The notes under the pieces: generated by a model
The model's input: the letters and a program-made list of their open reading frames with translations, nothing else
What the model was told of the DNA's origin: nothing
Database searches by the model: none
Origin: Octopus sinensis
Taxonomy: Eukaryota
Assembly: GCF_006345805.1 (NCBI RefSeq)
Contig: NC_043005.1
Span: 45,632,001-45,696,000 of the forward strand
DNA: 64,000 bases
Direction of reading: 5' to 3'
Shown here: one piece after another, positions 51,194 to 64,000 of the stretch
Numbering within the stretch: the stretch's first letter is position 1
Layout of the letters: the number at the start of each line of letters is the position of its first letter
Program-made: the position numbers and the translations under genes

Positions 51194-53112
51194 ATAATAA
51201 TGATATTATTAATAATAATAATAATAATAATATATATATATGTACACATATATATGATGGACTTCAGTTTCTATCTACCAAATCCACCCACAAGGCTTTG
51301 GATGGCCTGACGCTGTAATAGTAGACACTTGCCCAGAGTGCCACATAGTGGGACTGAATCCAGAACCATGTGGTTGGGAAGCAAGCTTCATACTATACAG
51401 CCACTCCTGCACCTAAGTGTGGGAACAAAATTTGTTTAGGGTCTGCAAACCCAGATTCAACCCAGGACATTCAAAGCATTTTCATTGCCCCAACAAAAAC
51501 TTTTAAGGCTACGCTTGCTCTCCTGCACCTCCTGTTCCTGAACCTATGAATGTTTATGCGCTTTCCTCAAGTTATATTTATCAACCTAAAGTGAAATGCT
51601 TCCATTGTGAAATTTATATACAACTGTAAAGTCTGCTAGTAAGGAATTTACAGTGAGTTTCAGGATACTTTGTAGAATATTTATTACCAATCAATAAATG
51701 ATATCTAAAAGTAGGGCCAACTTGATTTATTTGCTGATACTGTGGTTTAAGTCAGATAAATTCACTCAGGAAAAACAGTAAAAATGATTGCATGTGTTAA
51801 CGATAATTTTTTTTCAACATTTTGTCTTATTTCTCATCAGATCATCCATACTTTCTATTGTCTTTTTTTCACATGTCAGGTGAACTTTCAACAAGAGATG
51901 AAATTCTTTTCTTTTTTTCCTTATTTCTTGGTATGTAGAAAGCAGATTTAAGCAGATAATGATGCTACAGTTGTGCCAAAAGTAACGGTTGCCTCTAGTT
52001 TCTTTTCTTTGTCCTTTGATAAATACCTCCCATTTGGCAAATATACAGCAATTCTATTTTCTTTTTCTCTTCTTTCTTTTTCTTTTTTTTAGTCTTGAAT
52101 TCAATCTAAATTAAGAGAAAGTTTATTATAACCTCAGCTACTAACACTATTTTGATGAAGAATCTTAGAATCACCCATCTAAACAACTGTTTAACAAAGG
52201 TTTCTTTACATTGTTATATATTATCATAGGGACGAGCAGGCCATCAGTTGCTGTCCTACATCACTGGTCACAATGTGCTTTTAATTCTGTCTTTATCCAA
52301 ATTGCTTGACCAAATCATATTCCCATCATTATGGAGGCTTTCCAAGTTGTAATTACCGATCTTTTGGATTCCCCTTGGAAGCTGCACAGATCCACCTGTT
52401 GTCTGTGAACCATTCTACATGCCTGCCCCAGTGAAAGATATATATAGTTGATGTTATTTACATTTTAAGTGCATGCTCAACAGCAATGGCTATGTAGTAT
52501 GAAATTTGTTTCCAAACATAAGGTTCCAGGTTCAATCCCACTATGTGGCACCTTGAACAAGTGTCTTCTTCTAAAGTGCTGGGCCAATCAAAGCCTTGTA
52601 AGTGGATTTGATAGATGGAAACTGGAAGAAGCCTGGCATACACACACACATATATGTATTTGTATACATCTATATGTATTTGTCTTTGAGTTTGTATTTA
52701 TACCCCAGCACCACTTGACAATGATAAGATAAGTAGCAGGCTTTAAAAAAAATAGCATGGAATCAATACATTCGATTAAAACCCTTCAAGGCAGTGCCCC
52801 AGCATGGCCACAGTCCAATGACTGAAACAAGTAAAAGATAAAAGGAGATAAAAGAAATCTTACAAAGAGGATATCTTTATTCTTTTCCTTGTTTCAATCA
52901 TTAGAATGTGGCCATACTAGAGCACCACCTTGAAGAACCTTTTGTCAAATGAATTGACCCCAGTACCAATTTTTTAAAGCCTGGTACTTACTCTATCAAT
53001 CTCCTTTGCCATACCACTGAGTTAGACATAAACAAACCAACACTGGTTGTCAAGCAATGGTGGGAGACAAACACAGACACAATGACACACACACATATGT
53101 ATATATATATAT

Positions 53113-53166
<54 letters not shown>

Positions 53167-53174
53167 TATATATA

Positions 53175-53216
<42 letters not shown>

Positions 53217-54024
53217 TATATATATACATGCATATATATGTGTATATATATATTATATATATATACACAATAAGCTTTTTTCAGTTTCTATCTACCAAAT
53301 CTACTCACAAGGCTTTGGTTGGCCTGAGGCTATAGCAGAAGACACTTACCCAAGATACCTTGCAGTGGGACTGAACCTAGAACCATGTGGCTGGGAAGCA
53401 AACTTCTTACCACACAGCCATGCCTATGTCTATATATGTTAAACATTTTATTTTATTTGGTTATCTTATTTACTTCAGTTCTCTATAGCTTTTGTAAATC
53501 TAATCTGCAATATTAGGGAGCTACTAAAATCTTCATCATCATGTGCTCTGTCGAGGATAAGTCAGTCTTGTAAGAGCTAACTTAGCTGTATGTACAGGGC
53601 TAACTGAATTAAGAACAGCAAGCTAACCAAACATAACACTTACCAAGTAAAATTAATAAATAATTAATTGTAATTAATAATAAAAAGTAATAATCATCTA
53701 CCACTTACAGGGGATGCTGTGCTAGAACACAAAATATTGTAACAAGCAAAGTAGTTAGTCAGAAAATCGTTATAAGAGATGAAAGTAGTAACTATACTAA
53801 AAAAATAATGTTTATTGCCACATCAGTATGGCTGTTCCATAGGAATTGACATTATTACTGCTTTTAACACCAGGAAGAGCTTCTTCTAGCTGGTTTTCGA
53901 TGCAATCTGCACCTGATATTTATAGCAAGCAGGGGAGAAAACCCCTGCCATACAGATGACAGGACAGGATCCCCAGACCATACAGTTTTGGGCTGTTTAT
54001 GCCCAACATCAATGGGGAATACCT

Positions 54025-54250
54025 ATTTCTTTACTACCCCCAAGGGGCTGAACATAGAAGGAACAAACAGACAGACAAACAGATTAAGTCGATTACATCA
54101 CCCCCAGTGTGTAACTGGTACTTATTTAATTGACCCCGGAAGGATGAAAGGCAAAGTCGACCTCGGCAGAATTTGAACTCAGAACGTAGCGGCAGACCAA
54201 ATACCACTAAGCATTTCACCTGGTGTGCTAACGTTTCCGCCAGCTCACCC
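54025..54250 (-). mobile_element. SINE family B with 12-14-bp TSD
   Basis: tggggaatacct at 54013-54024 and 54253-54264. Confidence 0.9.
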
Positions 54251-54325
54251 AGTGGGGAATACCTGTCCACTAGAGGTAGCAGTAATTTGCTCCAGCTCAC
54301 TGAAACCATTCTGTCTGGGGATGTT

Positions 54326-55344
54326 AGTTAGTTAGTTAGTTAGTTAGTTAATTTGGCTCAAAAGCAAATAGCAAGGCCATGTAGGGGGACATGGAGTTAA
54401 GTACAGGGTGGTGTTCATGTAAAGAGTTCAGGCCACTTGAGGTCCAGGGAGGCTTTGAACAAAGCGGTCATCGGCATCTTCACCATCTCGTCTGGCAGCT
54501 TGTTCCACGGATCCGCAACCCGGACGGAAAAAGCTCCTCTCCTTCGATTGAGATGAAATCGTCGCAGGTAGAGCTTTTCGGAATGACCCCGCAGCCGACG
54601 CTCCAGAGCAGAAGTGAAGAACAGCTCTTTCGAGAGGTTACACTTCCCGCTTATGATGTTGTGGGCGAGAATGAGATCACCACGGCGGCGGCGTTTTTCG
54701 AGAGAATAAAGGTCGAGCGTCCTCAGCCTTTCTTTGTAGGACAAATTTTTGAGACCATGAACCATGCGGGTAGCCAGCCTCTGGACTCTTTTGAGATGCT
54801 GTATGTCTTTGAGGAGATAAGGAGAAGAGGCTTGAATCCCATACTCCAATATGGGTCTCACCAGCGTGACATAGAGTGGCAGGAATATGGCTGCTGTGAG
54901 CATTCCGAATGACCGTCGAATCAAAAACAGAATTCCCCGCGCTTTGTTGGCAGCATGGATGCACTGGGCCGAAGGCAAAAAGGAGGAATCCACCAAGATA
55001 CCCAGGTCCTTTACCTGATCGGTCCTCTCCAGCAGCAGACGACCCGGCTCGAAATCAAGTTGAGTTGCAGGAGTAGAGCCGACAGGCAGATGACAGCACT
55101 TTGACACGTTCAGACACAGGTCCCAATTGTTAGACCACTTCCAAATTTGGTGGAGGCATCGACGAAGATCCTCTATATTACCGCGAGGAGCAACCAGTTT
55201 GATATCGTCGGCAAATAGAATGGTGTGTTGCGTGAGGTCGTCGGGCAAGTCATTTATGAAGACTAAGAACAACAAGGGCCCAAGCACTGAACCTTGAGGC
55301 ACGCCACTGATTCCGTCATCTGCTGGGAGACGGTAGGGATTCAC
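54326..55344 (-). mobile_element. CR1-clade LINE, 5'-truncated, uninterrupted 309-codon RT/C-terminal ORF
   Basis: SGVPQGSVLGPLLFLVFIND, LFADDIKL, VQRLATRM, RLRGHSEKL, FSVRVADPWNKLP; (TAAC)n 3' tail at 54326-54350. Confidence 0.95.
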
Positions 55345-55849
55345 TCCCTTGCTTGCAATATATATTGGGTGTAAACTACATCAATAACCAGCAGGATGAG
55401 GGTCTTGCTGGGGTAGTAAAGTTGATTCCTATGGAACAGCCATATTGCTATAGCGATAAACATCACAAAATACTGAGTTATTTACCATGAGAGAACCTCT
55501 CATATGGACTTGTGGTGCATAAAAGTACTTGTGCTTGTATTGCTGATGGGTGAGAACCATCTGCTATGGCAGTCAGATCACATGATTTCATCCTTCCTTA
55601 GCCTTGTCAACGACAGACATCCAGCAACACATAGTAGATGATTTTCCCATTAGTGATATATAAAAGATCAGTATTTATTCAGGCACTAGTGTCACAAATA
55701 GACTTATAAAAAAAATAATTAGTTGCAACAGAGGCGGTATTAATACCAAAAGATAATATTTATCACCCAATTAATGGGGATGTTATGTTAGAACACAGAA
55801 TACTGTGATATTTCCCACAAGAGAACCCTCTCATTATGGTGCATATAGA

Positions 55850-56157
55850 AGCACTCCATCGGTTACGACAACGAGGGTCCCAGCTGATATGATCAACAGA
55901 ACAGCTTGCTCATGAAATTAACGTGCAAGTGACTGAGCAATCCACAGACACATGTACCCTTAACGCAGTTCTCAGAGAGATTCAGCATGACACAGAGTGT
56001 GACAAGGCTGGCCCTTTGAAATAGAGGTACAACTCATATTTGCCCACTGAATGGACTGGAGCAACATGAAATAAAGTGTCTTGCTCAAAGACACAATGTG
56101 TTGCCGGGAATTGAACTCACGACCTTACAATCGTGAGCCAAATACCCTAGCCACTAA
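55850..56157 (-). mobile_element. SINE family D with its head cut off by the CR1 insertion
   Basis: Family D body and CORE block; the tRNA head stops at ccctagccactaa. Confidence 0.85.
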
Positions 56158-57625
56158 AGGCGACCACACATTGCCTGTCAACTATCGCCCCGTCAGTCTT
56201 ACTAGCTGCATCGCCAAACTGATGGAATTTTGTATCAGAGAAACCCTCTGGGACTTCTGGAAGTCTCACAGCCTCATCCAGCCATCACAATTCGGATTTA
56301 TTCCTAACTCCAGCTGCTGTAATCAACTCATCGAGTTTCTTGAGGATGTTACCCAAATCACTGATCGCGGATCCTGGGTGGATGTTGTTTACCTGGACTT
56401 TGCTAAGGCTTTTAACTCTGTGCCACACAAAAGACTTATGGTGTAGCTTTCTGCGTTGGGTTTAAGAGACGAACTCTATAACTGGTTGAAGTCCTTTATT
56501 TTCAGCCAAAAAGAGGTTGTCACAGTTCTAGGACAGCACTCTTCGCCCTATGAGATGATGTCTGGTGTACCACAGGGATCTGTTCTTGGCCCCCTTTTAT
56601 TTGTTGCATATGTTAATGACATAGATGCCAACTTAAAGAATGCCACAGGGCTGAAATATGCAGATGACACCAAGCTGTACCTCGAAATAAAGAGGTCAAA
56701 TCCTGTACACTATAGATCTCTATTGCAAGCAGACCTGGACACAATGCAGCAGTGGATCATGGACTGGCAACTCAAGCTGGCTGTGGACAAATGTACCACC
56801 ATGCATTTTGGGAGGAGAAACCCAGCATCCACCTACTCCCTCCACAACACTAGTCTCAAAAAGTCTTCATGTGAACGTGACCTGGGTGTTATTGTCGACA
56901 GTGATTTGCGTTGGACAAAACACATCGCTAAAATTGTCAAGAAGGCTGAGGGTGTCTTGGCATCACTCACCAAATCCTTTGTGAGCCGCTCTCCGGCTAT
57001 CTATCTGCGGCTTTATATAGCTATAGTAAGACCTCACCTGGAATTTGCATCACCGGTCTGGAAACCCTATCTTGCCCAGGATATCAATCGTCTGGAAGCT
57101 GTTCAGCGACGTGCAACCAAAAGAATACCCTCCATCAGGCATTTGCCATATCCTGAACGCCTTACTTCCCTGGGCATGGACACATTGAAACTCCGACGTC
57201 TGGCAGCTGACTTGGCAGACACCCATAAAATTATCAACCATCGTACAAACAATAACTCTGAGCACCTTTTCAAACTCCACCCATCTAACACCCGTGGACA
57301 TATTTCCAAAGTAAGAAAACAGCACAGCTCCCATGACTTCAGGAAACATTTTTTCACGCTGAGAGTTGCTGAAGCATAGAACAAACTGCCGGCATCAGTT
57401 GTTAGTTGTCGGAGCACTGCATCCTTCAAAACTTTCATGCTTCCTGAGATTTGCCAACACTACACTTGATTTTCTCCCCTCCATACACACACAAGCATGT
57501 ATCTGACTCATACATTGTTCGCTTTCCAGACATTTCTACATTACTGCATGTACTTTATATGCACTTTCTGACAAGTTGTGGTGCACCTGAGCAATGTATA
57601 CAATAATTTCATTATTATTATTATT
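56158..57625 (+). mobile_element. CR1-clade LINE, 5'-truncated, RT with two nonsense codons
   Basis: NYRPVSLTS, QFGF, YLDFAKAFNSVPH, SGVPQGSVLGP, KYADDTKLY; TAG at 56444 and 57377; (ATT)n tail at about 57610-57625. Confidence 0.95.
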
Positions 57626-58510
57626 TTATATTTATATCACTTGCAGGCAAGAACCATCCACTTACCAGTTATATTGTGTTGACACTCCTGTTAATGGTAA
57701 CCTGTATCACCCTTGTGGTACTTATTTGCAGATAGGTAGACTAGTCTATTTTAGTCTTAAACATCTTGGTAACAGACAAAGTAAAATGTTGCTGACATGA
57801 TACAAACTAACAAACTCTTGACTCTGGGGACTCAACAAGAAACTGTTATTTCTGCAATTTAGTGCCAATTTCAATTTTTTTCTGTATTTGTGAATGTAAT
57901 TTGCATTATAATGTTATGCATGCTGCTGCCACTTAAAATGCACCCAAAACACTCAATAAAATGGTTGGCATTAGGAAGGGCATCAAGCCACAGAAACCAT
58001 ACCAAACAGATAATGGGGCCTGGTGCAGCTTCCAGCCTAACCAGTTTCCGTCAAACCTTCTAATGCATGCCAGCATGGAAAATGGACATTAAATGATGAT
58101 GATGATGATGATGACAATGACGACAACAATGACGATGATGAAGAGGATGACATTTTCTTTTAATAATTTATCTTTAAAAATAATGGTCTTCTCTAGCAGC
58201 CATCTCCATGGGTTGGACTTGGAGGAAAAACAAAAAAAACTTCAGTTATATGATCTTGTGATTTTCAAGTGATTAGAAGGCTTGTCTAACATGTGACATT
58301 ATGGAAAAAACAGATGCAAAATGATGATGATGACGACGACAATGATGAAGATGATGACATCAACAATGACAATGATCATGACGACGATGATGATGATATG
58401 TCAGCTTTCCAGAACTAGAATTTATATCTATAGAATCTACGAAATTTATTGCTTGTGAGTGAATTTAATTTGGTGAATGGAAATTGTATGGAATCCCATT
58501 GTAAATATAT

Positions 58511-58913
58511 ACTCTTTTACTCTTTTACTTGTTTCAGTCATTTGACTGCAGCCACGCTGGAGCACCACCTTTAGTCGAGGAAATCGACCCCCAGGACTTA
58601 TTCTTTGTAAGCCTAGTACTTATTCTATCAGTCTCTTTTGCCGAACTGCTATGTTATGGGGACGTAAACACACCAGCATCGGTTGTCAAACAATGTTGGG
58701 GGGACAAACACAGACACACAAACATACACACATATATATATACATATATACGATAGGCTTCTTTCAGTTTCCATCTACCAAATCCACTCAAAAGGCTTTG
58801 GTCGGCCTGAGGCTATAGTAGAAGACACTTGCCCAAGGTGCTTGGCAGTGGGACTGAACCTGGAACCATGTGGTTGGTAAGCAAGCTACTTACCACACAG
58901 CCACTCCTGTGCC
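58511..58913 (-). mobile_element. SINE family A, full length
   Basis: Matches 62246-62661. Confidence 0.9.
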
Positions 58914-58914
58914 A

Positions 58915-59320
58915 TATCATCATCATCGTTTAATCATCATTATCGTTTAACGTCCGTTTTCTGCGCTAGCATGGGTTGGACGGTTCGACCGGGGTCTGGG
59001 GAGCCAGGGCTGCCCCAGGCTCCAGTCTGGTCTGGCAGTGTTTCTACAGCTTGATGCCCTTCCTAACGCCAACCACTCCGCGAGTGTAGTGGGTGCTTTT
59101 CACGTGCCACCTGCACAGGTGCCAGAGGGGTCTGGCATTGGCCACGATCGGTTGGTGCTTTTTTTATGTGCTACCGGCACAGAAGCCAGTCAAGGCGGTG
59201 CTGGCATCGGCCACGTTCGGATGGTGCTTTTTATGTGCCACCGGCACAAAAGCCATTCGAGGCAGGGTTGGCATCGGTCACGTTCGGATGGTGCTTTTTA
59301 TGTGCCACCGGCACAGAGCC
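58915..59320 (-). mobile_element. CpG-rich (young-looking) family C repeat with about 52-bp tandem units
   Basis: ggcatcggccacgttcggatggtgctttttatgtgccaccggcaca-like unit x3. Confidence 0.8.
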
Positions 59321-59889
59321 ATATATATATATATAATTTTATATATATATAATTTATAAATTAAATATATATATATATATATATGCATCTGTGTGTGATT
59401 GTGTATGTGTGTGTGTGCATGTGTGTTTGTCCCCCACTCATCTTTACACTCAGTGTTAGTTTGCTTACCTCCCAGTATCTTAGCAGTCCAGCAAAAAAGA
59501 TATTGACAGAGACTTAAAAATAAACCATGGGGTCAACTTGTTTGATTAAAAACCCTGGAAGATGGTGTCGTAGCATGGCCACAGCCCAATGTGTGAAACG
59601 AATAAAAGTTAAAAGATAAAAGATATGAAACAATGTCACTTTTTACGTAAAACTGGGATACTGAGTTCACTCTTCGCTACCAAATTATTTGTTATATTGA
59701 TCTCTAATATCATTTTGACTATAGACTATATTTCCATCTTTGGAACCATTTCATTTCTGCAGTTGTTCTGCAAGAATGAGAATGGGAACTGGATCATTAG
59801 AACTCCATGACATCATCAGTTTCTTATAACAAAATGACGATATACCATTACCGATTCCTTTCGCTTCAAATGTCATTCGAGTAAGTTCC

Positions 59890-59930
<41 letters not shown>

Positions 59931-60259
59931 TTTTCTCTCTCTCTTTCTCTCTTGCACACACACACACACACACAGAAAGTATCAATGCTTATCTATTTAT
60001 TTATTCTTACCACATAGTGTGGCACTTTGAGCAACTGCCTTTTACTATAGCCTTGGGCCAATCAAAGCCTCAGGACGAATTTTGGTTGATGGAAACTGAA
60101 AGAAACTCATCTTATATATGTATATAGTCCAAAGATGAGATCCAGAGATTCTCCAGATTGAAAACACTTAGTAGTGCTCAAAAGATTCAAACTTAGACTC
60201 TGATATGTTTACAAGGGATCAATTCCACAAGGTAAAGAAAGGCTATAAGAGGGATCTCT

Positions 60260-60298
<39 letters not shown>

Positions 60299-60477
60299 CT
60301 TATTGTCTCCTTGTGTGATAGTTGTAAATAAATGTCATCATCATGCAAGCTATGTCTTTCATTTCCAATCTTCCATGAAAACATGTCTGGTCACCAGGAA
60401 ATATTACCTTACTTTAAAACAGACAAAGGTTGGTAACATGAATGGCATCCTGACATGGAAAATCTATCTCAAAAGAT

Positions 60478-60707
60478 GGCAGACTGGCAGAAACATTAAT
60501 GCGACGGGCAAAATGCTAAGCGGCATTTCATCTGCCGTTACGTTCTGAGTTCTGATTCCACCGAGGTCAACTTTGCCTTTCATCCTTTTGGAGTTGATGA
60601 ATTAAGTACCAGTTATGCACTGAGGTCGATGTAATCAACTTAATCCCTTTGTCAGTCCTTGTTTGTCCCCTCTATGTTTAGCCCCTTGTGGGCAGTAAGG
60701 AAATAAG
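60478..60707 (+). mobile_element. SINE family B with 19-bp TSD
   Basis: aaaatctatctcaaaagat (60459-60477) / aaaatccatctcaaaagat (60708-60726). Confidence 0.9.
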
Positions 60708-61412
60708 AAAATCCATCTCAAAAGATTCCTCTCACTCATGCAAGCACAGGAAAGTAGATATTAAAATGATGACGATGAGGATAAGGATTCTTTTATCGTT
60801 TACCTTTTATCTTTTACTTGTTTCAATCAGTTGACCGTGGCTATGCTGGGGCACTGCCTTGAAGGATTTAAGTGAAAGAAATCAACCCTAGGTTCTATTT
60901 CTTTTAAGCCTGGTACTTATTCTATCGGTGTCTTTTCCAGAACCACCCAGTTCCAGGGACAGAAATATACCAGCATCAGTTGTCAAGCACAAACACATAC
61001 ACACATAGAACAGATTTCTTTCAGTTTCTGTCAACCAAATCCACTCGTAGATCTTTGGTTGGCCCAAGGCAAAAGATGCCCAAGGTGCTAAGCAGTGGGA
61101 CCGAATCCAGAACCATGTCCCACCGCCATCACTTGACAACTGATGTTGGTATGTTCACGTCCCTGCAACTTAGCAGTTCGGCAAGAGACCGATACAATAA
61201 GTACTAGGCTTACAAAAAATAAGTCCTGGGGTCAATTTGTTTGATTAATGGCGGTGCTCCAGCATGGCCACAGTCAAATGACTGAAAGAAATAAAAGAGT
61301 GTATTTCATGTGGTAAACCAGATCTGGATTATATCAGAATACTAATAAGGTACTTGCCTGGATTCCAAATCTCCATTTCTTTACATTATCTATCTATCTA
61401 TACATACATATA

Positions 61413-61486
<74 letters not shown>

Positions 61487-61559
61487 TGCATGTATGTGTG
61501 TCAGGTCACTTATGAGTTTCTCACAAGTGTTACTGGTAACATGAAATCCAGTACAACCT

Positions 61560-64000
61560 GTTGCATGGTCGGCCTCAAAGACGCACTGCACTTGTTACTC
61601 ATGAGCTAAACCACTATAACATTGACATAGCTGTACTTTGAGAGACTTGTATAGAAGGTGAAGTTCAGCTCGAGGAAGTAGGAGTTGAATACACCTTTTT
61701 TGGGAAGGGGAGACTGAAGGAGGAGCACAGAGAGGCTGGTGTTGGCTTTGCAGTTCAATCTGATATCTTTAAGAAGTTGGAGGGGCTTCCTGTTCCTATT
61801 AACAAATGTCTAATGACTCTACAATTGCACCTGAAAGGTGGATGGTTTGTTCTTCTAATAAGTGCTTACGCACCTACTTTGACTAATTGTGATGAAGGTA
61901 AAACTATTTATCATACCCAGCTGAAGCCCATACTTAGGAAAAACCCCAATTCTGATAAAGTCATTCTAGTGGAGGATTTCAATGCTAGGGTTGGAACAGA
62001 CTGGCAAACATGGAACTCTCTAGGATGTTTTGGTGTAAGGAAAATGAATAGCAATGATCTTTGCTTTCCAAGGGATTTTCTACTCTGTTTACTAAATCAA
62101 CAGAAATCACAGGTCGCTGGAGGATTGAACACTTCTCTGAACTCCGGAACCATGAGCCAGTTGTGGATGAAACAGTGATTGATATTATGCAACAAAGACC
62201 TATGATTGGTTCCTTAAATTCCACACCCTCAATAGATGAGATATTACTCTCTTTACTATTTTACTTGTTTCAGTCATTTTGACTGCGGCCATGCTGGAGC
62301 ACCGCCTTTAGTTGAGCAAATCGACCCCGGGACTTATTCTTTGTAAACCCAGTACTTATTCTATCGGTCTCTTTTGCCGAACCGCTAAGTGACGGGGACG
62401 TAAACACACCAGCATCGGTTGTCAAGCAATGCTAGGGGGACAAATACAGACACACAAACATATACACACACATACATACATATATATATACATATATACG
62501 ACAGGCTTCTTTCAGTTCCCGTCTACCAAATCCACTCACAAGGCATTGGTTGGCCCAAGGCTATAGCAGAAGACACTTGCCCAAGATACCACGCAGTGGG
62601 ACTGAACCCGGAACCATGTGGTTGGTAAGCAAGCTACTTACCACACAGCCACTCCTGCGCCTAATGACAGCAATAAGTAAATTGAATCTTGGTAGGGCAC
62701 CTGGAAGGGACGGAATTTATGCTGAGGTCTTGCGATTTGGTGGTGATTACATCATACAGTCCCTTCATGAACTTATTAGTGTAGTCTGGAGGGATGGTGC
62801 AATGCCTAAAGACTGAAAGGATACAATTATTCTTCCTCTCTATAAAGGAAAAGGAGCCAGAATAATGTGTGGTAACTACAGAGGTTTTGCTCTACTATCA
62901 CCTGCTGGCAAGGTTGTGGCAAATATTCTTACCTGCTGAATGGGTGTCTCGTGAATGATGTCCTATCTGCATCTCAATGTGGCTTCTGATCTGGTAGAGG
63001 GACAATGGATATGATTTTCACAGTAATACAGACACTGGAGAAGTGCTATGAGCAGAATATGGATCTTGTCTAGGTATTCATTGATTTAACCAAGGCCTTT
63101 GATTCTGTGAATAGGGCCTTGCTATGGAAAATACCTGGCAAACTTGGATGTCTGGATCCCTTTGTATCTATAATTAAATCATTTCATGATGGGATGGAGA
63201 CTTGGGTCAATGTTGGTGGTGGCATGGAGGGACCCATTCCTGCAGAGAATGGTGACAAGCAGGGTGACATCCTTGCCCCAACACTTTTTACTTTGTACTT
63301 TGCTGCTGCTTTTACTCATGCTTTTGATAAGGTTAGCTTTCTTGGAATATATGTCAGGTATTGATCTTCTGGCCGCCTCTTTAATCTGCACCAATCTGCT
63401 GCCAATTCAAAAGTTTCCAGTCTCTTATTCATGACCTCCTTTATGCAGATGACTGTGACTTAGTCACTCATACAGTGGATGACATGCAACTACTAATGAA
63501 TCATATTTCTGTTTCTTGCAAAGCATTTAGACTCTGCATTAGCCTGGACAAGTCTGTTGTAATGTTCCAGCCTGCTCCAAGAAATCCATATGTGGAACCA
63601 GCTATCTTTGTTGAAGGAATAATACTGAAAGTGGTAGACAAGTTTGTCTACCTGAGCAGCACACTCAGCCATTCTTGCTCCCTGGATGATGAAATATCTT
63701 TCAGGCTCCAGAGAACAACTGATTCAGTCTTGTGTCTGGTCCCAGCATGGCATCACAAGGCAAACAAAAATTGCTGTGTACTGTGCATGTGTACTGACAT
63801 CACTCCTTTACTCATGTAAGACATGGGCCCTTTACAAACGTCATGTAAGGGTCTTTGAACACTTTCATCAGAGATGTATGAGTCACATTCTGAATGTTGG
63901 CTGGATCATAAAAACTCCAGACATACAGGTTCTGAGGAAAGCTGATATCTTTAGTATTAAGGCAATCGTGCACAAGCACCAGTTATGTTGGATTGGACAC
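61560..64000 (+). mobile_element. RTE (BovB-like) LINE, decayed: APE endonuclease, internal deletion, then RT; runs off the window end
   Basis: RRTALVTHELNHYNIDIAVL*ET, AGVGFAV, ISAYAPT, EDFNARVG, GRAPGRDGI, GNYRG, DLTKAFDSVNR, KQGDILAPTLF, LLYADDCDL. Confidence 0.93.
62246..62661 (-). mobile_element. SINE family A inserted in the RTE LINE
   Basis: Interrupts ...PSIDEI / LMTAISKLNLG...; most CpG-intact family A copy in the window. Confidence 0.92.

Noticed and set aside
54391-54912. 173-aa plus ORF
   Set aside because: Antisense frame of the CR1 RT
56081-56446. Novel SINE-RT fusion protein as a functional gene
   Set aside because: TTG start inside a SINE and a stop midway through RT; kept only as a junction description

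Overview
AT-rich eukaryotic non-coding DNA made almost entirely of transposon debris and microsatellites. The SINE/LINE families and the (TA)n, (CA)n, (GATA)n and (CAT)n density resemble an Octopus genome (inference from family recognition, not a database search). No intact host gene is supported; only two speculative micro-exons were seen. The window holds 5'-truncated or decayed LINEs of four clades (Tx1/L1, RTE, CR1, R4/Dong), three Tc1/mariner remnants, piggyBac-, hAT- and Tc1-type MITEs, and dozens of tRNA-derived SINE copies, several with clear target-site duplications. The most interesting signal is a set of short cassettes sitting in microsatellites that carry type I hammerhead ribozyme motifs and direct/inverted repeat architecture, as in Penelope pLTRs and retrozymes. 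One motif (21940-22004, minus strand) has a fully canonical core. Also notable are reciprocal nesting of mariner and piggyBac MITEs and four R4/Dong-like 3' ends stacked in an (AAT)n tract. Nearly all ORFs in the supplied track are microsatellite or TE artefacts. SINE family labels A-E are my own working names, and many element boundaries are approximate.
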